Shown: positions 1 through 10,242 of the stretch, piece by piece
How the letters are laid out: every line of letters begins with the position of its first letter
Position numbering within the stretch: position 1 is the first letter of the stretch
Assembly (NCBI GenBank): GCA_963705985.1
Contig: CAVPLK010000006.1
Span: 347,067 to 411,066 of the forward strand
DNA length: 64,000 nucleotides
Source of the DNA: an uncultured Gemmatimonadales bacterium
Lineage (GTDB): Bacteria > Gemmatimonadota > Gemmatimonadetes > Gemmatimonadales > GWC2-71-9
Direction: 5' to 3'
Position numbers and translations under genes: made by a program
The notes under the pieces: model-generated
Told to the model about the DNA's origin: nothing
Database searches by the model: none
Seen by the model: the letters and a program-made list of their open reading frames with translations, nothing else

Positions 1-22
1 CCTCACCACCGGGTGGGCGCGC

Positions 23-328
23 ATGATCGCAGGTCGTCGCTACTGGATTCTGATCTGGTACGGGTTTCTCCTCATCGGCGTGGCTGGTGCGGTGGCCTCG
101 GCCTATTGGGGGCGGCGGCACCCCGGCCGAAACGTCGACGAGGTCCTTCGCGCCGTCGCCACGATTCTCCTGTCGGTCGGCATGCTCCTCTTGCTCTATG
201 ATGTGGCGACGATGGTGGGCCGGGTCCTCCTCGGCGTGGCGGTCGCCCTTTTTTTCGCGGCGTTCTGGGTGGGCCGCCGGACCGGGCGACCGCCCCCGAT
301 CGGTTCGGGGCGCCCCCACGGTCGCTGA
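23..328 (+). CDS. hypothetical small membrane protein
   Basis: 101-aa ORF with three hydrophobic stretches (YWILIWYGFLLIGVAGAVASAYW, ILLSVGMLLLLY, VLLGVAVALFFAAFWV). No family recognised. Confidence 0.35.
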   Translation: MIAGRRYWILIWYGFLLIGVAGAVASAYWGRRHPGRNVDEVLRAVATILLSVGMLLLLYDVATMVGRVLLGVAVALFFAAFWVGRRTGRPPPIGSGRPHGR

Positions 329-388
329 TCCGCCTCACGCCCCGGCCCTGCCGGGGTTATTCTTTTTGGTCACTTCCCCCGGGACATC

Positions 389-2847
389 ATGCGCTTCCGT
401 TCCGCCGTCACGGCGCTTTCGACCGGCCTGCTGCTCTGTGCCACTCCGCTCGTTGCCCAGCTCGGGCCGCCATCGACTGGCGGCGCGGTGGCGGCGGAGC
501 ACGCGCGCCGGATGCTGGGCCATGACAAGCGGGTCCTGGTCATCGGGGCGCATCCGGACGACGAAGACACCGACCTCATTACCGTGCTGGCCCGTGGCGA
601 GGGGGCGGTCACGGCCTATCTGTCCCTCAACCGCGGGGAGGGGGGGCAGAACCTCATTGGTCCGGAACTGGGCGAGGCGCTCGGACTCCTGCGCACCGAG
701 GAACTCCTCAGCGCCCGCACCCTCGACGGCGGGCGCCAGTACTTCACCCGGGCCTACGACTTCGGCTACTCCAAGGGCCTCGAGGACACCTGGGCCCACT
801 GGCCGAGGGACTCCATCCTGAAGGACGTGGTGCGGGTCATCCGCGCATTCCAGCCGCAGATCATCGTGTCGGTCTTCAGTGGGACCGCGGAAGACGGCCA
901 CGGCCAGCACCAGGCGGCGGGGTGGGCGGCGCACACCGCCTTCGACGCCGCCGCCGACCCGACGCGTTTTCCGGAACTGGCGACGGAGGAACGGCTCCAG
1001 CCGTGGCGGGTGGAGAAGCTCTATCGCGCGACACGATTCACGCCGGCTCCGGTGATGGATACTATCCAGACCGGCGGGCTCGATCCGGCGGTCGGCCAGT
1101 CCTACCACCAGATCGCCATGGCCAGCCGCAGCCGGCACCGGTCCCAGGACATGGGCACGTTGCAGCGCCCGGGACCGGCCTCGACGCGGGTGGCGCTGGT
1201 CACGGACCGGACCGGCCGGGGAAGCGAGTTCTGGGCGGGGATCGATACCACGCTGCCGGCGGCCGAGCCTGCCGGACGGTCGGCGGCGTCGCGGGATCAG
1301 GAGGCCTTCCTCGCCATTGCCCGGGCCAATGAGCGAGGGATCATTCTCGACGCGGTGGCGAACTGCCGCCAACGTGATTGCGGGGCAACCGGTCGAAGTG
1401 ACCCTCTCGCTGTGGAATGCCGGGACAACGCCGGCACGCGCCCAGCTTGGCGTCACCGGGGCCACCGTGACTCGTCCGCCGCACGATGTGGTCGTGCTCC
1501 CCGGCGCAGATGGCGACCGTGACGGATACTTTCACTCTCCCGACCTCGGCAAGCACCGAACCCTACTTTCTGCGGCTGCCACGCGATGGTGCGATGTACC
1601 GGTGGGAAAGGTCGCCGATGGCAGGCCAGCCCGCATCCCTTCCCCTGCTGACCGCCAACGCCGTGCTCGACGACGGCCTCTCGATGACGCGCGAGGTGAC
1701 GTACCGCTGGGCCGACCCGGCGTTTGGCGAACGGCGGCAACGGCTGCTGGTGGTGCCGCGCGTCGGAGTCCGGCTGGACCGCGCCGTCGTCGTGTGGCCG
1801 CTCGCGTCGCGCGACGCCCGGACGATCAACGTCACGCTCCATCACGCCACGACCGACACCACCACGGGCGAGGTGCGGCTGGAGGTGCCCGCGGGGTGGG
1901 TGGCGCCGCCCCCGCAGCCATTCCGGCTGACGCGGAAGGGGGAGGAGGCCACGTTCCGCTTTGCGGTGACGCCTCCGGCGGCGCCGACGGCGGGGTCGTT
2001 CGAGATCCGCGCGCTCGCCGTGGCGTCCTCGGGTGAGCGCTACACCGAGTCAAGCGAGCTCATCGACTACCCGCACATCGCGCGGCGGGGGATGAGCCGT
2101 CCTGCCACGGGAACGATCCAGGTCATGGACATCGCGGTGCCGCCCTTGCGCGCGGTCGGCTACGTCCGCGGGGCGGCGGACGGAGTCCCCGAGGCGCTCG
2201 CCGGTCTTGGGATTCCCGTGGTCGAGTTGACGGCCGACTCGCTGGCGCGGGGCGACCTCTCCAAGTTCGACGCGGTGGTGATCGGCAGCCGGGCCTACGA
2301 GACGGTGCCGGCGGTCAGGGAGTTCAATGCGCGCCTGCTGGCGTATGCGCGGGCGGGCGGGCTCCTGATGGTGCAGTACCAGCAGTACGAGTTCTTCCGC
2401 GGTGGCTTCGCGCCCTTCCCGATGACCGTCGGCGGGGCGTCGCTGGCCTCCATGCTGGCGGGCAAGGCGCCGGAGCGGACGCCGGGCGATCGTCCCGACT
2501 CGCACGACCGGGTGACCGACGAGAATGCGCCGGTGCGGATCGTCGACCCCTCGAGCCGGGTGGTCAACGCGCCGAACGCGATCGGCTCCGCCGACTGGGA
2601 CGGCTGGGTGCAGGAGCGTGGATTGTACTTTGCCCGTGAGTGGGCGCCGGAGTATCGGCCCGCGCTCTCGATGAACGATCCAGGCGACCCCCCGCTGGAG
2701 GGGGGGCTCCTCGTCGCCCCGCTGGGACAGGGAACCTACGTCTATACCGGCATCGCCTTTTTCCGGGAACTCCCGGCGGGCGTCCCCGGCGCCTATCGGC
2801 TGTTCATGAACCTGCTGGCGCTGCGGCCGTCGGGGGCGATGCCGTGA
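389..2847 (+). pseudogene. large PIG-L/LmbE-family deacetylase with C-terminal ThuA/GATase1-like domain, interrupted by two frame changes
   Basis: The N-terminus has a signal peptide and the PIG-L motif VLVIGAHPDDED. The protein continues across three ORFs: 389..1522, then 1317..2036 (AANVIAGQPVEVTLSLWNAGTTPA), then 1486..2847 (ATVTDTFTLPTSASTEPYFLRLPRDG...). Frame switches are near 1366 and 1505. Confidence 0.7.
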
Positions 2848-3878
2848 TGGGGCGGCGGTGGATCCTCGCCGCGACGGCCGGAGTGCTGGCGTGCGGGGGT
2901 GACGCGCGCACGCCGGTGGTGGTGTATTCGCCGCACGGGCGGGATCAACTCCAGCTGCTTGAGAAGGCGTTCGAGCAGTGGCGGCCCGACATCGATATCA
3001 AGTGGCTCGACATGGGGAGCCAGGAGGTCCTCGATCGGCTGCGCTTCGAGAAGGTGAATCCCCAGGCCGACGTCTGGTTCGGCGGCCCGACGACCATCTT
3101 CGATCGGGGCGTCAGCGACTCCCTCCTCGCCCCCTACCGCCCGTCATGGGCCGGGTCGGTCGGGCCGGAGGGCGTCGGCCCGGCGTCGTTGTACTGGCCG
3201 GTGTATCGCACGCCGGTCATCATCGCCTTCAACAACAAGGCGGTCAGCGCCCCGGAGGCACCGCAGGATTGGGACGATATTCTCGCGCCGCGCTGGCGCG
3301 ACCTGGTGTTGATCCGCGACCCGATGGCGAGCGGGACCATGCGCGCCATCTGGGGGTACATCATCGAGCGCGGCCTCCGGGAAACAGGCGATACCACCGC
3401 TGGCATGGCCTGGCTCCGTGCGCTCGACCGCAACACCAAGACCTACGCCCTCAACCCGGCCATCCTCGACCAGAAGCTGGCGCGCGAGGAAGGCGTCGTC
3501 ACCCTCTGGGACCTCCCCGACATCCTGATCAGCAAGGGGAAGGGCATGCCATTCGGCTACCTCTTCCCGCGCAGCGGCACCGTCGTGATCGACGACGCCA
3601 TCGGCCTGGTGGCGGGGTCGCAGCACCCGGAGGCGGCGCAGGCGTTCATCGACTACGTGGGGGAGACGGAGGCGCTGCTGCTCGCGGCGCGCCAGGTGTA
3701 CCGACTTCCCGCCCGGCGGGACCTGCCCCTTGATTCGCTGCCCGAGTGGGTGGCGGAGGTGGAGCGCACCATGAAGGTGGTGCCGATGGACTGGACACTC
3801 CTGGCGCGCGAGGGGGCGGGGTGGATGAGCTATTGGGATCAGCATGTGCGCGGGACGGGGAAGGACCTGAGGGACTGA
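2847..3878 (+). CDS. ABC transporter substrate-binding protein (Fe(III)/family-1 solute-binding type)
   Basis: MGRRWILAATAGVLACGG lipoprotein-like signal. Family-1 solute-binding-like sequence. The ATG overlaps the upstream stop (TGATG). It is followed by ABC ATPase and permease genes. Confidence 0.8.
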   Translation: MGRRWILAATAGVLACGGDARTPVVVYSPHGRDQLQLLEKAFEQWRPDIDIKWLDMGSQEVLDRLRFEKVNPQADVWFGGPTTIFDRGVSDSLLAPYRPSWAGSVGPEGVGPASLYWPVYRTPVIIAFNNKAVSAPEAPQDWDDILAPRWRDLVLIRDPMASGTMRAIWGYIIERGLRETGDTTAGMAWLRALDRNTKTYALNPAILDQKLAREEGVVTLWDLPDILISKGKGMPFGYLFPRSGTVVIDDAIGLVAGSQHPEAAQAFIDYVGETEALLLAARQVYRLPARRDLPLDSLPEWVAEVERTMKVVPMDWTLLAREGAGWMSYWDQHVRGTGKDLRD

Positions 3879-3901
3879 GGACTGCGGGCAAAGGAGTGTG
3901 A

Positions 3902-4951
3902 GTGGGCTTTCTCGAACTCGATGCACTGACGAAGACCTTTGAGGGGCAGCGGGCCGTGGACGGGCTCTCGCTCACGCTTGAACGTGGGGAGGTGCTCGCG
4001 CTGCTGGGGCCAAGCGGGAGCGGCAAGACCACGACGCTCCGGCTGTTGGCGGGGTTCGAGTCGCCCGACGGCGGCCGCGTGGTCCTCGACGGGCGGGACG
4101 TAACGTCGCTCGCGCCGGTGGCGCGGCGCTTCGGGATGGTCTTCCAGCACTATGCGCTCTTTCCCCACCTCGACGTCGGTGCCAACGTGGCGTTCGGGCT
4201 CGAGAGCCGTGGTGTTCGTGGCGCCGAGCTCGCCCGCCGGGTGACCGAGGCGCTCGCACTGGTGGACATGGCAGGATTCGAGCGACGTCCGGTGGCCAAC
4301 CTCTCGGGGGGACAGCAGCAGCGGGTGGCCCTGGCCCGCGCGCTCGCGCCGGAGCCCAGCGTCCTGCTGCTCGATGAGCCGTTGTCGAACCTCGACCCCG
4401 CGCTTCGGGAGCGGACGCGCCACGAACTCCGGACGCTGGTGCATCGGCTGGGCATCACCGCAGTGGTCGTGACCCACGAGCAGGAGGACGCCTTCGACCT
4501 CGGCGACCGCATCGCGCTGCTCCGCAACGGCCACCTCGAGCAGCTCGGCACGGCGGACGAGCTCTATGCCACGCCGGCCACGTCGTTCGTGGCCGCCTTC
4601 ATCGGCCGGGCGAGCGAGGTGCCCGCGACGGTGCTCTCCGACCGCGAGGCGCGGGTGCAGGAGTGCGTCTGGCCGATCCGCTGGGGTGGCCCCGGCCCCG
4701 CGACACCCGGGGCCCAGGCAAGGCTGCTCGCGCGCCCTGAGGGGCTCCAGATCACGGCACCGCAACCGGGCCGCCTGGCGGGTACCGTTACCAATCGGCG
4801 CTTCACCGGCGCGGTGGCCTACTTCTCGGTCCAGACCCCGACCGGCGTCGTTCTCGAGGTGGCCGGCGAGCCGACCTCGGCGCGTGAGGGGGATGCGGTC
4901 GGCATCGAACCGACGGGGGCCGGCCTGCATCTCTATCCGGTGGCGCCATGA
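3902..4951 (+). CDS. ABC transporter ATP-binding protein (FbpC/PotA-like, with C-terminal TOBE-like domain)
   Basis: Walker A GPSGSGKTT, signature LSGGQQQRVALARAL, Walker B LLLDEP. Confidence 0.9.
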   Translation: MGFLELDALTKTFEGQRAVDGLSLTLERGEVLALLGPSGSGKTTTLRLLAGFESPDGGRVVLDGRDVTSLAPVARRFGMVFQHYALFPHLDVGANVAFGLESRGVRGAELARRVTEALALVDMAGFERRPVANLSGGQQQRVALARALAPEPSVLLLDEPLSNLDPALRERTRHELRTLVHRLGITAVVVTHEQEDAFDLGDRIALLRNGHLEQLGTADELYATPATSFVAAFIGRASEVPATVLSDREARVQECVWPIRWGGPGPATPGAQARLLARPEGLQITAPQPGRLAGTVTNRRFTGAVAYFSVQTPTGVVLEVAGEPTSAREGDAVGIEPTGAGLHLYPVAP

Positions 4952-6606
4952 CCCCGGCCCGCCGTGCGGGGTGGGCGGGCTGGCTGCTGGTGGCGGTGCT
5001 GGCCTGGCTCGTCGCCTATCCGCTCGTCCTGGTGCTCCTCGAGGGGGTACGGGGCTCCACCGGATGGACCCTCGACGAGGTGCGCCGCTTCGCCAGCCGG
5101 CCGACCGAGTGGCAGGCGCTCTGGGCGAGTCTCTGGCTCTCGATGGCCAGCGTCGTGCTGGCCGGCGCCATCGGCGTGCCGCTCGCCTTCCTCTTCGAGC
5201 GGGTGGATTTTCCCGGCCGCAAGCTGCTGGGCATGCTCGTCGCGCTGCCGGCGGTGCTGCCGCCGCTGGTCGGCGTCGTGGCGTTCCTGTTTCTCTATGG
5301 TGAGACCGGGTTCATCGGTCGGTTCGTGCAGTACCTGCTGGGGCTCGAGAACCCGCCGTGGCGCCTCGCGGGGCCCGGCGCGATCCTGCTGGTGCACGCC
5401 TACTCGATGTACGTGTACTTCTACCTCTTCTGCCGCGCGGCGCTCTCGCGTCTCGACGGCGCGATGCTGGAGGCCGCCTCGGCGCTGGGCGCCGGCCGGT
5501 GGCGGACGCTGTTCCGCGTGGTCCTGCCCCACCTGCGGCCGGCCATCGCGGGCGCGGCCCTCCTGACCTTCATGACCTCGCTCGCCTCCTTCAGCGCGCC
5601 GTACATCTTCGGTGGAGGGTACCGGGTCATGACGACGCAAATCGTCTTCACCCGGCTCAACGGCGACGACCGCCTGGCCATGGTCGAGACCGCGGCGCTG
5701 ATGCTCCTCGCGCTCGGCGCCATGGCGCTCTTCCGGCGCGCCGATCCCGGGGGCTCGCTGGCCGGCGTGGGCAAGGGCACGGCGCCGTCGCTCGCCCGGG
5801 CCGGCAGCGCCCGGACCCGCGCGGGCATCGCGATCGCCGCCTGGGTGCTCGCCGCGCTCCTGTTGCTGCCGCACCTGACGCTCCTGCTGGTCTCGTTCGT
5901 CCCGGTCGGCACCTGGACCACGGAACCGTGGCCTCCGGTGTTCTCCCCCGGCAATTACGCCGCGCTCTTCTCGGAACCGGAACGCTTCCGGCCGCTCTTC
6001 AACAGTCTCTGGATGGCCACCGCCGCCACGGTGGCCGCCGTCGGGATCGCGCTGGCCGCGGGGTCGCTGGTCGTCCGCCGTCGTGTGTCGGCCGGCCGGC
6101 TGATCGAAGGGCTCCTCGGCCTGCCATGGGCGGTGCCCGGGACGGTGTTCGCGATCGCGCTGGCGGCGCTTTTCAGCGTGGATTCGCCCCTGACGCTGCG
6201 GGCGGTCCTGGTGGGCACCATCTGGATTCTTCCGCTCGCGTACCTGGTACGAAACCTCCCCATCGCCGGGCGAGCGGTGCTGGCCGGCTTCCGGCAGCTC
6301 GACGCCTCGCTGGAGGAAGCGGCCGCCTCGCTGGGCGCCGGCCGCCTGCGCACCCTCCGCCGGGTCATCCTGCCGGGCTTGGCACCTGCGCTCGCGGCCG
6401 GTGCCACCCTGGCCTTCGTCACGTCGCTCGGGGACTTCGTGACCTCCATCATGCTCTACACGTACGACACCCGGCCGATCTCGCTCGAGATCCTCGGCAG
6501 CCTCCGGCAGGGCGACATGGGCGTCGCCGCCGCGTACGGGGTGTTGCTGATGATCGCGAGCGCGGCGGTCTTTGCCCTGGGCGCGCGCGGGGAGGCACGG
6601 ACATGA
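4948..6606 (+). CDS. iron(III)-type ABC transporter permease (two fused permease domains)
   Basis: 552-aa polytopic protein with duplicated permease domains. It overlaps the ATPase stop by 4 nt. Confidence 0.85.
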   Translation: MTPARRAGWAGWLLVAVLAWLVAYPLVLVLLEGVRGSTGWTLDEVRRFASRPTEWQALWASLWLSMASVVLAGAIGVPLAFLFERVDFPGRKLLGMLVALPAVLPPLVGVVAFLFLYGETGFIGRFVQYLLGLENPPWRLAGPGAILLVHAYSMYVYFYLFCRAALSRLDGAMLEAASALGAGRWRTLFRVVLPHLRPAIAGAALLTFMTSLASFSAPYIFGGGYRVMTTQIVFTRLNGDDRLAMVETAALMLLALGAMALFRRADPGGSLAGVGKGTAPSLARAGSARTRAGIAIAAWVLAALLLLPHLTLLLVSFVPVGTWTTEPWPPVFSPGNYAALFSEPERFRPLFNSLWMATAATVAAVGIALAAGSLVVRRRVSAGRLIEGLLGLPWAVPGTVFAIALAALFSVDSPLTLRAVLVGTIWILPLAYLVRNLPIAGRAVLAGFRQLDASLEEAAASLGAGRLRTLRRVILPGLAPALAAGATLAFVTSLGDFVTSIMLYTYDTRPISLEILGSLRQGDMGVAAAYGVLLMIASAAVFALGARGEART

Positions 6607-7817
6607 GCACAGCCGCCTCGCCCCCGCTCGACCAGTCCGACCTCCGCAAGCTGCTCGTGCTGATCGCCGCGAGCGCGGTGGACATGATCGGTTTCGCGAT
6701 CGTCCTGCCGCTGCTGCCCTTCTATGCCGAGAATCTCCACGCCAGCTACGCGACGATCGGGTGGATCATCGCGTCGTTCTCGATCGCGCAGCTGATTGCG
6801 GCGCCGCTCTGGGGCCGGGTGTCGGACCGCTACGGCCGGCGCCCGGCGCTGCTCATCGGTCTCTCCGCGTCGGCGGTGGCCTATGTCGCCTTCGGCCTGG
6901 CCAACACCGTGGCCTGGCTCTTCCTCTCCCGGATCATCCAGGGGGCGGGCGGTGGCACGACGGGCGTGGCGCAGGCGTACGTGGCCGACTCCATCCCGGC
7001 GGCCGGCCGGGCCCGCGCGCTCGGCTGGCTCTCGGCGGCCACTTCGCTCGGGGTGATGATCGGTCCGGTGGTGGGCTCCCTCGCCGCTCACTGGGGGCGG
7101 GCGGCCCCGGGCTTCGTGGCCGCGGGACTCTGCGTCGCAAACGTCATCTTCGCCTGGAAGTATCTGCCGGAGAGCCGCCGGCCCGGGGCGCACGCCCCGG
7201 CGCGCAAGCCGGTGTGGCACGCGGCCTGGCAGGTCTTTCGTCAACCGGGCACGCCGGTCGCCCGGCTGGTCTGGATCTACGCGGTGGGCATGCTGGCCTT
7301 CACCTGCCTGACCAGCGTCCTGCCGCTCTTCCTCGGGGCCGAATACGGGGTGACGGAGAAGACGATCGGGTATTTCTTCCTCTACGTCGGCGCCCTGTCG
7401 CTGATCATGCGCTCGATCTTCCTCGGGCCGATCGTCGACCGGGTGGGGGAGGCCTGGGCGATGCGGATCGGCGGCGGATGCCTGGTCGTCGGTCTCCTGC
7501 TCTACCCCGCGGTGTCGACGCTCTGGGGGCTGGCGCTGATCATCCCCTTCGTGCCGGTCGGGACGGCGTTATTGTTCCCATCCACCACGGCGTTGATGTC
7601 GCGCGCCGCCGAGAAATCGGAGTTGGGCACGGTCATGGGATCGGCGCAGACCTTCGCGGGTATTGCGCGCGTCGTGGCTCCGATCCTGGCCACCCGCGCG
7701 TTCCAGGACTACGGGCACAACTGGCCCTTCTACATGGCGGCGGCCACGGTGGCCCTCGTCAGCATCCTGGCCTTCCGGCTCGGTCCGGTGGCCGAGCCCA
7801 ATCCAGCAGGCGCCTGA
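6603..7817 (+). CDS. MFS transporter (TetA-like efflux type)
   Basis: The internal start MSTAASPPLDQSD overlaps the permease stop (ATGA). MFS motif GRVSDRYGRRP. About 12 hydrophobic segments. Confidence 0.8.
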   Translation: MSTAASPPLDQSDLRKLLVLIAASAVDMIGFAIVLPLLPFYAENLHASYATIGWIIASFSIAQLIAAPLWGRVSDRYGRRPALLIGLSASAVAYVAFGLANTVAWLFLSRIIQGAGGGTTGVAQAYVADSIPAAGRARALGWLSAATSLGVMIGPVVGSLAAHWGRAAPGFVAAGLCVANVIFAWKYLPESRRPGAHAPARKPVWHAAWQVFRQPGTPVARLVWIYAVGMLAFTCLTSVLPLFLGAEYGVTEKTIGYFFLYVGALSLIMRSIFLGPIVDRVGEAWAMRIGGGCLVVGLLLYPAVSTLWGLALIIPFVPVGTALLFPSTTALMSRAAEKSELGTVMGSAQTFAGIARVVAPILATRAFQDYGHNWPFYMAAATVALVSILAFRLGPVAEPNPAGA

Positions 7818-9532
7818 TGTCAGAAACGTCCGTGACGCTGCCCGTCCTGCCTGAGTCGCCGGCCGCCTTCGCCGACGCGATTTGGGGCGAGATTCTTCCC
7901 TGGTACGAGGCGCTTGCGGGAGTCCCGCTGGACGCCGACTCGGTCGGCCCCTGGCTGGCGGCGTGGTCGCGTCTCGAGGAGCTCGTGACCGAGGCGGCGG
8001 CGGAGGCGATGATCGCCTACACCGGCGACACGCGCGACGCCGCGAAGGAGGCGGCCCATCTCCGCTTCTCGGCGGAGATCTTTCCCCAGCTGGAAGAGCA
8101 GGGGGTCCGGCTCGCGCGTCGGTTGCTCGCCACCGGGTTCACCCGGCCCGATCTCGAGGTGGTGCTCAAACGGTTCCGCTCGCAGATCGAGATCTTCCGC
8201 GAGGAAAACCTCCCCCTCTTCAGCGAGCTGGAAGAACTTTCCGCCCGGTACCAGCGCCTGACCGGCGGGATTACCGTGGAGTGGGAGGGGGAGACGCGTA
8301 CGCTGCCGCAGATCGGGCCGTTCCTCAAGAGCCCCGACCGGGCGGTCCGCGAGCGGGCGTTTCGCACGATGGGTGCGCCGTACCTTTCCTTGCGGGACGA
8401 ACTGTCGGCGCTCTTCACCGAGATGTACGAGCGCCGCCAGCGCGTCGCCAGGAACTCCGGATTCGCGGACTTCGAGGCGTACAGCTTCGCCGCCAAGTGC
8501 CGATTCGACTACACTCCGGATGACGTCACCCGCTTCCACGAGGCGGTGGAGGCGGAGGTCGTTCCTGCCGTGGAGCGCATCCTCGAACGCCGGAAGGCGG
8601 CGCTCGGGCTCGAGGTGCTTCGCCCCTGGGACCTGGACGTCGATCCCTCCGGGCGGCCGCCGCTCCGGCCGTTCCGTGATTCGGCCGAACTCGTCGAGAA
8701 GGCGTCGCGCGTCTTTCACGCCGTGGCGCCCGCGCTGGGCGCCGAGTTCGACCTGATGCGCGGCGAGCGGCTGCTCGACCTGGAGAGCCGTGCCGGGAAG
8801 GCCCCGGGCGGTTACTGCGAGACCCTCCATTTCCGCGGGCGCCCCTTCATCCACATGAACGCGGTCGGCCTGCTGGACGACGTCAACACCCTGCTCCACG
8901 AGTCGGGCCATTCCTTCCACGCGTTCGCCTCACACCGCCAGCCGCTGCTCTGGCAGCGCTACGTCGGCTCCGAGTCGGCCGAGCTCGCCTCGATGTCGAT
9001 GGAATTGCTCGCGGCGCCCTACCTGGCGGAGCCGGGCGGGATGGCCTCGGCCGAAGAACTGCGGCTGGCGCGGATCGAGCATCTCGAGGAGGTCCTGATG
9101 ACGCTGGCGCACGTGGCGGCGGTCGACGCCTTCCAGCGCTGGATCTACACGAGCGGGGAGGGCGCCGACGCCTTGGCCCGGGATGAGGCGTGGCAGCGCA
9201 TTCGGGATCGGTTCCAGCGCGGGGTGGACTGGTCCGGCCTGGAGGACGAGCGCCTCACCCGCTGGTACCGCCAGCTGCACATCTTCCTCTACCCGTTCTA
9301 TTACATCGAGTATGGGCTGGCTCAACTCGGGGCGCTGCAGATCTGGCGGCGCAGCCGGATCGACCAGGCGGGGGCGGTGCGGGACTATCGGGAGGCGCTG
9401 GCCCTTGGCTGTACGGTGGGCCTGCCGGCGATGTACGCCAGGGCGGGAGCCCGGTTCGGCGCGGATCAGGGGCTGATCCGCGAGCTGGTGGCCCTGGTGG
9501 AAGGCGAACTGGCGGTGCTCGGGGCGGCCTGA
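7817..9532 (+). CDS. pepF: M3-family oligoendopeptidase F
   Basis: Start MSETSVTLPVL overlaps the MFS stop (TGATG). Zinc motif HESGHSFH. PepF-like length and sequence. Confidence 0.85.
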   Translation: MSETSVTLPVLPESPAAFADAIWGEILPWYEALAGVPLDADSVGPWLAAWSRLEELVTEAAAEAMIAYTGDTRDAAKEAAHLRFSAEIFPQLEEQGVRLARRLLATGFTRPDLEVVLKRFRSQIEIFREENLPLFSELEELSARYQRLTGGITVEWEGETRTLPQIGPFLKSPDRAVRERAFRTMGAPYLSLRDELSALFTEMYERRQRVARNSGFADFEAYSFAAKCRFDYTPDDVTRFHEAVEAEVVPAVERILERRKAALGLEVLRPWDLDVDPSGRPPLRPFRDSAELVEKASRVFHAVAPALGAEFDLMRGERLLDLESRAGKAPGGYCETLHFRGRPFIHMNAVGLLDDVNTLLHESGHSFHAFASHRQPLLWQRYVGSESAELASMSMELLAAPYLAEPGGMASAEELRLARIEHLEEVLMTLAHVAAVDAFQRWIYTSGEGADALARDEAWQRIRDRFQRGVDWSGLEDERLTRWYRQLHIFLYPFYYIEYGLAQLGALQIWRRSRIDQAGAVRDYREALALGCTVGLPAMYARAGARFGADQGLIRELVALVEGELAVLGAA

Positions 9533-9630
9533 GGACTGTTGCGTAATGGCGGCCGCGGGGCAAGATTCCCCGCGTTCCCTGCGCGGCCCGGACCGCCGGC
9601 CGCGAGTGTCCCAACCCTGGAGTGGCTTGG

Positions 9631-9849
9631 ATGGCGAAAGAAGAAGGCATCGAGATGGAAGGGGTGGTGACGGAAGTCCTGCCCGATCGAAATTACCGGG
9701 TGCTGCTGGAGAACGGCCACTCGATCCTGGCTTACGCCGCCGGCAAGATGAGCAAGTTCAAAATCCGGGTCCTCGAGGGAGACCGGGTGAGTGTGGTCCT
9801 CTCCCCGTACGACCTGACCCGTGGCCGGGTGACGTACCGGCACAAGTAG
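9631..9849 (+). CDS. infA: translation initiation factor IF-1
   Basis: 72 aa beginning [30 protein letters not shown]...[13 protein letters not shown]. Collinear with E. coli IF-1. Confidence 0.95.
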   Translation: MAKEEGIEMEGVVTEVLPDRNYRVLLENGHSILAYAAGKMSKFKIRVLEGDRVSVVLSPYDLTRGRVTYRHK

Positions 9850-9878
9850 CTCGCTCCGATTCATGCGGGACAAACGAC

Positions 9879-9905
9879 GCGGGCCGCTCCTTGGGAGCGG
9901 CCCGC
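9879..9905. terminator. bidirectional stem-loop terminator between convergent infA and the csp gene
   Basis: GCGGGCCGCTCC-TTG-GGAGCGGCCCGC: perfect 12-bp GC stem lying between the two stop codons. Confidence 0.6.
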
Positions 9906-9932
9906 TGACGTTTCGGCCCCTGCTCTCTGGAG

Positions 9933-10142
9933 CTAGACCTTGGTGACGTTCTCGGCCGCGGGGCCCTTGGCGCCCTGGACAATGTCGAACTCGACCTTGT
10001 CGCCTTCGGCGAGGCTGCGGAAACCCTCAGCCGAAATGGCCGTGTGGTGGACGAAGCAGTCCTTCTCGCCGCTCTCGGGGGTGATGAATCCAAATCCCTT
10101 CGCGTCGTTGAACCACTTCACGGTGCCGGTTGTACGTGCCAT
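9933..10142 (-). CDS. cold-shock protein (CspA family)
   Basis: [36 protein letters not shown] contains RNP1/RNP2-like motifs. The upstream 33 codons of the tracked ORF were judged to be 5' UTR. Confidence 0.9.
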   Translation of the reverse strand: MARTTGTVKWFNDAKGFGFITPESGEKDCFVHHTAISAEGFRSLAEGDKVEFDIVQGAKGPAAENVTKV

Positions 10143-10242
10143 GAGTCCTAACTCCAGTGTGGTGTGTCCAAACGCCCGGACAGGATGCCCCGGGCGGTGT
10201 GCCGGTGTGGCCCGGACAATTTCCCGCAAAATCCCGGTCAAG

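Noticed and set aside
4040-4062. GGTTCGAGTC, a tRNA T-arm-like string
   Set aside because: It lies inside the ABC ATPase coding frame. There is no acceptor or anticodon stem complementarity around it.
5358-6602. Long N-terminal extensions of the MFS (ORF 5358..7817) and PepF (ORF 6572..9532) reading frames
   Set aside because: The extensions overlap the permease and MFS genes out of frame and are Arg/Pro/Gly-rich. Sensible starts that overlap the upstream stop codons exist at 6603 and 7817.
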